DNA from: a virus
Taxonomy: Duplodnaviria > Caudoviricetes
IMG/VR virus record: IMGVR_UViG_3300037400_001617
DNA: 64,000 nt
Reading direction: 5' to 3' (one strand)
Each line of letters begins with the position of its first letter. Positions within the stretch are counted from its first letter, which is position 1. Made by a program: the position numbers and the translations under genes. This document shows, piece after piece, positions 57,633-64,000 of the stretch. Below the pieces are notes generated by a model, which worked only from the letters and a program-made list of their open reading frames with translations, did no database searches and was not told where the DNA came from.

Positions 57633-60023
57633 ATGCCAGAAACAATAGTAGAAAGGAATATGCTCAGTCAGTATCACGGAGATTATAGAGCGTTTGCTCT
57701 GTACTGTGAGATGCAGAGAAGTGTTCCTAATATGAATGACGGACTTATACCAGTACACAGAAGAACTGTGCACTGTGCATGGGAGTATTGTCATGCGTAC
57801 TATCGGGAGAATGAACGCCCGAACCTTATGAAATGCGCCAATGTGATCGGAGCTACAATGTCACACGATCACCCACATGGTGATGCTGGTATACAAACAG
57901 CGCTCTATACAATGATAAACTGGTATCAGACTAAGTATCCTCTGTTCCTTGGACAGGGAAACTTTGGTAACACCTTTACCAGTACTGGTGCTTCACCACG
58001 ATATACTGAGGCTACAATTTCAGCATTCTGCAGGGATGTAGTACTCGATGAAGTTATGCAGTTCAAAGATGTAATCGATTGGACTCCTAACTATGACAAG
58101 AGAAGCTTGGAACCATTATACTTACCTACTAAGGTTCCGCTTCTTCTGTTAAATGGCTCAATGCATATGAGCGTTGGTGATAAGGTTGATGTACCTTCAC
58201 ATAATATCTGTGAGGTAATTGATGAGACTATCAAACTTATCAAGGACCCTAATCACCAGGTAGTTCTTATACCCGATCACACTCAGGCTTGTGAGATCAT
58301 AGATACAGACTGGAAGGAAATGTCTAGAACTGGTTATGGCTTATACAAAGTAAGAGGTGTGATAGAGATTAAGGAGTACTTCGGTAAGACTAAGAAGTAT
58401 AAGGGACGTACTGTTCTTGCTATACGTAGTTGTCCTAATCTCACTTATCTCGGAAACATCATAACTTCTATCGAAAAGCTTGTTAAGGACAATAAGCTTA
58501 TCGGTATAGAAGATATCGAAGATGAATCAGGCATCGACGATATGAACTATATTCTCGTTCTCAGACCTGGTGTAGATCCCAACTTCGTTAAGGAGAGTAT
58601 CTATACAAACACCAGACTTCAGAACACATTCCGTCTCTATCTGAAGGTATTCGTAGACGATGGAATGTATGTATCTACTAAGAGAATGAACTACACAGAG
58701 TATCTCACACACTTTATCGATATCAGACGTATCACCAAGCAGAGATACTACTGCCACAAACATCAGAAGATTCAGACTCGTCTGCATGTAGTAAACAACT
58801 ACATCTGGGCTTTTGAGTCTAAGAAGGTTACTGATGAGGTTCTTAACCTTATTCGTAAGAAGAAAGTTGTCGATGATGCAGAGCTTATAGAAGATCTGAT
58901 TAAGAAGTTTGGCTTCACTGATCTTCAGGCTAAGTTCATAATCGACATGGAAGTCAAGAAGCTTTCACAGGGCTGGTATCTTAAGTTCAAAGAAGAGAAG
59001 GAACAGCTTGATGCAGAGGCTAAGATATGTGCAAACATCATCGCCAATGACGATGTACTCGATCAGATCATTATAGATGAGCTTGAAGATATCAAGAAAA
59101 AATATGGCGATAAGAGAAAGTGCAGAGTTATCTCTGCTGCAGAAGCATCTGGTATTCCTCAGGGTATCTTCAAGATATCTCTGTCAGAACAGAACATGCT
59201 CAAGAAGTTCGGACCAGAAGAGAATATAACTGGAACCAGATCTGGTGATAGAGTTAAGTTCCTTATCAAGGGAGACAACTCTAAGAATATACTTCTCTTC
59301 GGCAACAAGGGAAGAGTATACAATATTCCGCTGTCGAAGATTCCGTTTGCGGATAAGTCTTCTCCTGGTACAGATGTCAGAATCATCAACAAGAATATCA
59401 ATGCTCCGATAACTGCAGTTATCTATGAGCCTTTGTTCGAACAGTACAAGGATGGATATCTTGTAGTAGTTACAAAGAGCGGTCTTATTAAGAAGATGAC
59501 CATAGGTGACTTCTTAGCAGTTCCACCTAGCGGTCTCGTGTATACGAATCTTGACCCAGATGACTATGTGATCAGCGTTAACTTCTTCTATGGCAACAAC
59601 GCTGACATAGTGATCTACAATCAGAACAAGGCTCTTAAACTCAACATTGCGGAGATACCTCTCTTTAAGCGTAATGCTAAGGGTAATATCTCTATGGGAG
59701 GTACAAACAAACAAGTAAACGGTATGAGTGTACTTAAACACGGCAGTACCGAGTATCTTGTATGTACAGCAAACGGCTATATCAACAAAATAACTCCAGA
59801 CACTCTTCCTTCAGGAAGGGCAAAGGCTGGCAAGTCGGTAACAAGATTGACTAAGGGAGACTATATAGTCGATATACTTGGTGTAAACGAAGAATCGACT
59901 GTAAGAGTACTCACTAATAATGGCCAGCACACAGACATCGCTGTAAACACAATTCCTATGGGTAGCTCAGTATCTGTAGGATACAAAGCCAACTCTGGTA
60001 TCATCGGAGTTTGGAACTTATAA
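57633..60023 (+). CDS. gyrA: type IIA topoisomerase (gyrase-like) A subunit with beta-pinwheel CTD
   Basis: DGLIPVHRR, HPHGD, GQGNFG, catalytic PRYTE, PLLLLNG and PSHN motifs; CTD repeats KRNAKG and GRAKAG. Confidence 0.95.
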   Translation: MPETIVERNMLSQYHGDYRAFALYCEMQRSVPNMNDGLIPVHRRTVHCAWEYCHAYYRENERPNLMKCANVIGATMSHDHPHGDAGIQTALYTMINWYQTKYPLFLGQGNFGNTFTSTGASPRYTEATISAFCRDVVLDEVMQFKDVIDWTPNYDKRSLEPLYLPTKVPLLLLNGSMHMSVGDKVDVPSHNICEVIDETIKLIKDPNHQVVLIPDHTQACEIIDTDWKEMSRTGYGLYKVRGVIEIKEYFGKTKKYKGRTVLAIRSCPNLTYLGNIITSIEKLVKDNKLIGIEDIEDESGIDDMNYILVLRPGVDPNFVKESIYTNTRLQNTFRLYLKVFVDDGMYVSTKRMNYTEYLTHFIDIRRITKQRYYCHKHQKIQTRLHVVNNYIWAFESKKVTDEVLNLIRKKKVVDDAELIEDLIKKFGFTDLQAKFIIDMEVKKLSQGWYLKFKEEKEQLDAEAKICANIIANDDVLDQIIIDELEDIKKKYGDKRKCRVISAAEASGIPQGIFKISLSEQNMLKKFGPEENITGTRSGDRVKFLIKGDNSKNILLFGNKGRVYNIPLSKIPFADKSSPGTDVRIINKNINAPITAVIYEPLFEQYKDGYLVVVTKSGLIKKMTIGDFLAVPPSGLVYTNLDPDDYVISVNFFYGNNADIVIYNQNKALKLNIAEIPLFKRNAKGNISMGGTNKQVNGMSVLKHGSTEYLVCTANGYINKITPDTLPSGRAKAGKSVTRLTKGDYIVDILGVNEESTVRVLTNNGQHTDIAVNTIPMGSSVSVGYKANSGIIGVWNL

Positions 60024-60075
60024 GAAATGCGGGTAGAGGATAACACCTCTACCCATCTTTTATAGGAGGGTTATT

Positions 60076-60804
60076 ATGAGCGAAACAATCAAAAACACCA
60101 ACGCAAAGATAAACGCACAGATGGAATTCACTATAGCTAATGGTGGCAACATCTGGCTCATGACTGATTGGCATCTTATCAGATACAACAAGAAAACTGG
60201 CGAGTTCTATGAAAGAGAAAACGCAGCTGATATCCTTGGAACTGCGGTAAGGACTATTAAGGATACCGACATTGTTATCTTCATGGGCGACCTTGTAGAT
60301 TCAGAATGCTATACAGATTATCCAGTTGTATCACTGTACAGGAAGTTAGCAACTATCTGCAGTGTCTTCAAGAAGGCTAAGAAGAAGTACTTCGTTATCG
60401 GCAACAATGATAGCGATGTCATACAGCTCTATAAGGATCTCGGATTCGATGAAGTGGTTCCGTGTATCCTCTTTAGAGGCGACATAGTGATTAGTCACAT
60501 GCCATTCAAGTGTAAAGATGCTAAGTATAACATACACGGACATCTGCATATCGGAGATCCAGATCTCAAGTGTACTAGCCATTATTGGCCTCAGTATGGA
60601 GTAGAGAAAACCAGTCAGCACATCAATGTGTTCAACAACGAGAGACATCCGATTGATCTGATGAGTGATGTTCTCAATGGACTCTGTATCAACGGAGTTC
60701 CAAATGATTCAGAGCCGTTAACTACTACAGACATGAAGGCTAAGAAACATAACGCACAACTTCTTAAGGATACCAAAGCTTACTACAAGGAACTTAAGAA
60801 GTAA
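60076..60804 (+). CDS. calcineurin-like metallophosphoesterase
   Basis: TDWH, MGDL, IGNND, SHMP and IHGHLH motifs. Confidence 0.85.
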   Translation: MSETIKNTNAKINAQMEFTIANGGNIWLMTDWHLIRYNKKTGEFYERENAADILGTAVRTIKDTDIVIFMGDLVDSECYTDYPVVSLYRKLATICSVFKKAKKKYFVIGNNDSDVIQLYKDLGFDEVVPCILFRGDIVISHMPFKCKDAKYNIHGHLHIGDPDLKCTSHYWPQYGVEKTSQHINVFNNERHPIDLMSDVLNGLCINGVPNDSEPLTTTDMKAKKHNAQLLKDTKAYYKELKK

Positions 60805-60855
60805 TCTATAGGGGGTTGTTATACACAACCCCTTATTTTTAAGGAGGAATCGGAT

Positions 60856-61452
60856 ATGAATAACAGAATTCCTAAGATACCAAAGATGAAGATAGAAGAT
60901 CTTCTCGAAAAGCTCAAAGAAGAATTCAGAATAGGACATTGGGATCCGAAGGAGGAAGAGTTTACTCCAAGAGGTGCATTCAACATGCACTCTATATACA
61001 GAACTCTCTCCCCACAGAAGTTTGAAGCTTACAAATGTGGACTCAACTACGACTACACAGAGTATCTGGCTTGGTATTTCACTACATACTTCAATTCAAC
61101 ATTCTTTGAACTGTACTACATAGAGTTCAGCGATGGCTTCAATTACACATTCCTTATCTATCAGGATCAGTACGGATATCATCTTGTCATTCCAGATGGC
61201 TATCTTCCAGTGTATGGAGTCATCGACAAAGGAACAGAAGATGAGTGTGTACAATTCATAGTCAATGTGATAAGTAGCTATAGAATGTGTAAAACAGAAT
61301 GGATCGTCTTCAAGTATCTGCCTACTGGAATATATGGGTGTACTATAAAACAGTTCATGGATGATAAGTGGGTATGGAGATGGTACTACAAGTCATCATG
61401 TAGACAGGATCAAGTTCAATTCTTATTCAAGAGAGTCAATACCGTCCTATAG
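60856..61452 (+). CDS. hypothetical protein
   Basis: 198 aa, SD AAGGAGG. Confidence 0.75.
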   Translation: MNNRIPKIPKMKIEDLLEKLKEEFRIGHWDPKEEEFTPRGAFNMHSIYRTLSPQKFEAYKCGLNYDYTEYLAWYFTTYFNSTFFELYYIEFSDGFNYTFLIYQDQYGYHLVIPDGYLPVYGVIDKGTEDECVQFIVNVISSYRMCKTEWIVFKYLPTGIYGCTIKQFMDDKWVWRWYYKSSCRQDQVQFLFKRVNTVL

Positions 61453-61485
61453 TTACATATTATAATGACGAAAGGAGGACTAGTT

Positions 61486-61875
61486 ATGGCTAGTGGAGTA
61501 CGTATAGTATCAATCCCTAGGCGAGTAACTAAGAAAAACGAAGAGTATAAACTCGATGGATACCACTATGTGGGAATGGAGGAAGCTCTTCGGAAGTACA
61601 CACACCCAAGGTTTGCCGATCAATGCTGCTGGGTTTATATGCAGAGGGATTCAGCAAACCAAAACAACCAGTTACCAGATGCTCTCACAATAGTGGGTAA
61701 AGTGATCAATTACGATGAAGAGCAATTCACTGTAGAACTCTATAGGAATGACTGGTACAATACTTTACCCAATCCAGAAATCTCTATAGCCTTTACAGGT
61801 CACAGAGACGTCGAAAACAAAGCTATCGAAGTATACTCCATTACTGGACTGTACTTAGGTAGCGTAATATTCTAA
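61486..61875 (+). CDS. hypothetical protein
   Basis: SD AAAGGAGG; early-like CATATTAT at 61456-61463. Confidence 0.75.
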   Translation: MASGVRIVSIPRRVTKKNEEYKLDGYHYVGMEEALRKYTHPRFADQCCWVYMQRDSANQNNQLPDALTIVGKVINYDEEQFTVELYRNDWYNTLPNPEISIAFTGHRDVENKAIEVYSITGLYLGSVIF

Positions 61876-61888
61876 GGAGGAATTACAC

Positions 61889-63253
61889 ATGGGAACAACA
61901 AGAATGGGAATTATCGTTAGGGATACTAAGAAGCCCTTTCCATTCGATAAGGAAAAGATCGAGAAAGTTAACAAGACAGAAGAAGGTTACTCTATTCTCG
62001 TACATGGAGGAGTAAACCACTTCGATGACAGAGCTTGTGTTGCTCTGTTCAGACTGATCATGGCTGGATATTCCACCAGTTATGTAAGAAACACAATCCC
62101 TGCTGTTGAAGGTGATGAACCTGCATGGGAGCATGAAGTTACGATTTCAGAAAAGACACATGACAACAACGAAAATATTACAGTTGAAAGACAGACTAAG
62201 TACTCACTCATCTGCGACATCGGTCGTAAGTATGATCCTGAAAAGGGATATTTCGATCATCACCAGGAGCTTGACGAAGCACATAAGAACTATGCAGCTT
62301 TTGGTCTTCTCTGGGAATACTATACTACGCCAGAGATGAGAGAATACTACAAGGAGTTTGACAGATTCGTTCATCAGATGGATGATCATGACATGGGAGT
62401 TAAGAAGTCTCCTGTATGCGACTTCTTCAGAAACTTCAATGCGTTCTCATCAACCAGTGGTTATTATGATAATGATGAGATACTTTTTGAAGAGAGCGTT
62501 AACATACTCACCTTTGTATTCAGACGTATGCTGATCAATTGTCACATCAGCAGAGTAGCAGAAAAGGAAGCTGCTATAGCATCAGAGATAAAGACAGTAA
62601 AGCTGGAGAATGGTAAAGAAGTAAAGATCTGTATGCTCAAACACTTCTTCCCTGCTGGTGAATCATATGCTGCATCAATGGGTTGCGAATTGGTAGCATG
62701 GAAACTTGCAGAGGACGATGATCGCAATCCTAACTGCTATCATGTAATTTGTGTACGTCCCGACAGAAGCACTTACTCTACACCAGTTCGTTTCCCTGCT
62801 GACTGGGCAGAGAAGAAGAGTGCACCTGAATGGGTAAAGTTCTGCCACAAGACAGGATTCCTTGCAGTGGTAGATACTTATGAGCATGCTGTGGAGTGCT
62901 TACATCATGTAGTACTCAATGAGAAGGCTGCTGATAAGGTTCTCAATATCAAGCTCATATGCTCAGACGACATCAAACTCGAGGATATGTATAACCAGTA
63001 CATGTCAGAGTTCGGAGTTATGGGTGACTATGGCGAAGGAAATATCTCCATAGATCGTTTCCCTGAAGCAGACAATATGGGTATCTACAGCGATGTGAGA
63101 GAACTTGGTCTCACTTTAGATCTGAAGAAGGCTATAGCTCCTAATCAGCTTGTTAGTATGATGGGAAGAGTATTCTCCGATCAGTGTTGCGAAGATCTCT
63201 ATGACTATCACGATGAGATACTCGAAAAGCCTGCAGGAAACTTTGGCTTATAA
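61889..63253 (+). CDS. MYG1-family (DHH-like) 3'-5' exonuclease with C-terminal extension
   Basis: HGG..HFDD, DIG..YDP...FDHHQ, AAFGLLW, DDHDMG and FCHKTGF motifs. Confidence 0.85.
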   Translation: MGTTRMGIIVRDTKKPFPFDKEKIEKVNKTEEGYSILVHGGVNHFDDRACVALFRLIMAGYSTSYVRNTIPAVEGDEPAWEHEVTISEKTHDNNENITVERQTKYSLICDIGRKYDPEKGYFDHHQELDEAHKNYAAFGLLWEYYTTPEMREYYKEFDRFVHQMDDHDMGVKKSPVCDFFRNFNAFSSTSGYYDNDEILFEESVNILTFVFRRMLINCHISRVAEKEAAIASEIKTVKLENGKEVKICMLKHFFPAGESYAASMGCELVAWKLAEDDDRNPNCYHVICVRPDRSTYSTPVRFPADWAEKKSAPEWVKFCHKTGFLAVVDTYEHAVECLHHVVLNEKAADKVLNIKLICSDDIKLEDMYNQYMSEFGVMGDYGEGNISIDRFPEADNMGIYSDVRELGLTLDLKKAIAPNQLVSMMGRVFSDQCCEDLYDYHDEILEKPAGNFGL

Positions 63254-63262
63254 TACATCAGC

Positions 63263-63302
63263 AAGAAGGAACGGTGGGAATCATCCCACCGTTTCTTTTT
63301 TT
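63263..63302. terminator. bidirectional terminator
   Basis: AACGGTGGGA-ATCA-TCCCACCGTT with a T-tract, between convergent genes. Confidence 0.8.
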
Positions 63303-63303
63303 G

Positions 63304-63996
63304 TTAATCCCACGGAGAACGGAACAATGGTACATATACAGGTTGCTGTGCAGGCGCTTGTGAAGGTATACCAGCATAGTTATCGTTACCATCTCTTAAA
63401 AACGACAGACGCTGTTTAAGCAGTTCCCGAGTAGCCCCAAGCTGGTCGACTTGAGAGTTGTCTCCCATATCGATAGCAATGTATTTCTTTTCAAGTATCT
63501 GCATGTAGTCATTGTATATCTGATCTTGTGCAAGCTTCTCAATCATTTTCAGTTTGTCGAGAAGTTCAGTATCGATATAGTCATGATATTGCTGAACGAA
63601 TGCATTGTAATATCCGTATACCCTGTTCGCAGGAACATAGATATACTGATTATGAACAAGCTCATGAACAGTCTCTGATAATGGGATAAGTCCTACCATT
63701 AAGCAGTAGTGTACATAGAGTACTTCATATGCTACTGCTTCTATAGTAAGAAGCTCTCCAAGAGCCATTCTCTTTCTGATGATTATACTACAGATCTCAT
63801 AGAGTGTCATAGGAGAGTGGTGAATCTCTATCCTTATCTTAGGAGTAAACTCGTTCGATACGTTAGGCAGAAATGCACAGTTTCTCATATCCATATACTC
63901 CCTGAGATACTGTACCATGTTCTTGTATTCGAGTGATTGTCTGACAAATCTCTCGAGATCTTTTATGTATTTAGTCATATCCTTCTCATCAAACAT
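63304..63996 (-). CDS. HNH-like conserved jumbo-phage protein (may start beyond the window)
   Basis: IEIHH...LIPLSETVHELVHN; similar to 29736..30461. Confidence 0.6.
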   Translation of the reverse strand: MFDEKDMTKYIKDLERFVRQSLEYKNMVQYLREYMDMRNCAFLPNVSNEFTPKIRIEIHHSPMTLYEICSIIIRKRMALGELLTIEAVAYEVLYVHYCLMVGLIPLSETVHELVHNQYIYVPANRVYGYYNAFVQQYHDYIDTELLDKLKMIEKLAQDQIYNDYMQILEKKYIAIDMGDNSQVDQLGATRELLKQRLSFLRDGNDNYAGIPSQAPAQQPVYVPLFRSPWD

Positions 63997-64000
63997 ATCG

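Noticed and set aside
4310-60023. Introns or inteins in RNAP, DnaB or gyrase genes (common in AR9-like phages)
   Set aside because: ORFs are continuous, of expected size, with no intein or homing endonuclease motifs seen.
1-64000. Stop-codon reassignment
   Set aside because: Core genes are intact in the standard bacterial code, and TAA, TAG and TGA all end genes at sensible positions.

Overview
This 64 kb window is part of a jumbo bacteriophage of the phiKZ/AR9(PBS1)-like supergroup. The host is probably a Clostridia-type Firmicute, inferred from strong AAGGAGG SD sites, a GH25 endolysin with cell-wall-binding repeats and BspA-type LRR modules. It encodes split multisubunit RNA polymerase subunits (two beta-prime N-terminal halves with DFDGD motifs and one beta-prime C-terminal half), a divergent PolB subunit, DnaB, SbcD/Mre11, a Dda-like helicase, GyrB/GyrA, RNase H, a PD-(D/E)XK exonuclease, MYG1, a metallophosphoesterase, baseplate/tail proteins, a holin, an endolysin and a membrane-anchored lytic transglycosylase. 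Two promoter motifs recur in the intergenic DNA: an AR9-like late motif AAC(A/T/C/G)-N6-T(A/G) at over 20 sites and an early motif (T/C)ATA(T/C)TAT at about 11 sites. Using them to delimit transcripts reveals several promoter-to-terminator units with no credible long ORF (about 4040-4245 minus, 13121-13205 minus, 30505-30703 minus, 50962-51110 plus). Several of these, plus two 3' UTRs, carry anti-Shine-Dalgarno tracts, usually just upstream of the terminator. One is 25/31 nt complementary to the SD/start region of gene 52750..53286, and another has a tRNA-like acceptor stem ending in ACCA. My best candidate for an undescribed system is therefore a phage-encoded small-RNA network acting on translation initiation regions. 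Other points of interest are an early operon with a kinase-like protein, an antitoxin-less MazF/PemK-fold coiled-coil protein, BspA LRR pieces scattered over three virion proteins, and a possible -1 frameshift in a tail chaperone gene. All family calls are from motif recognition by eye; no searches were run.
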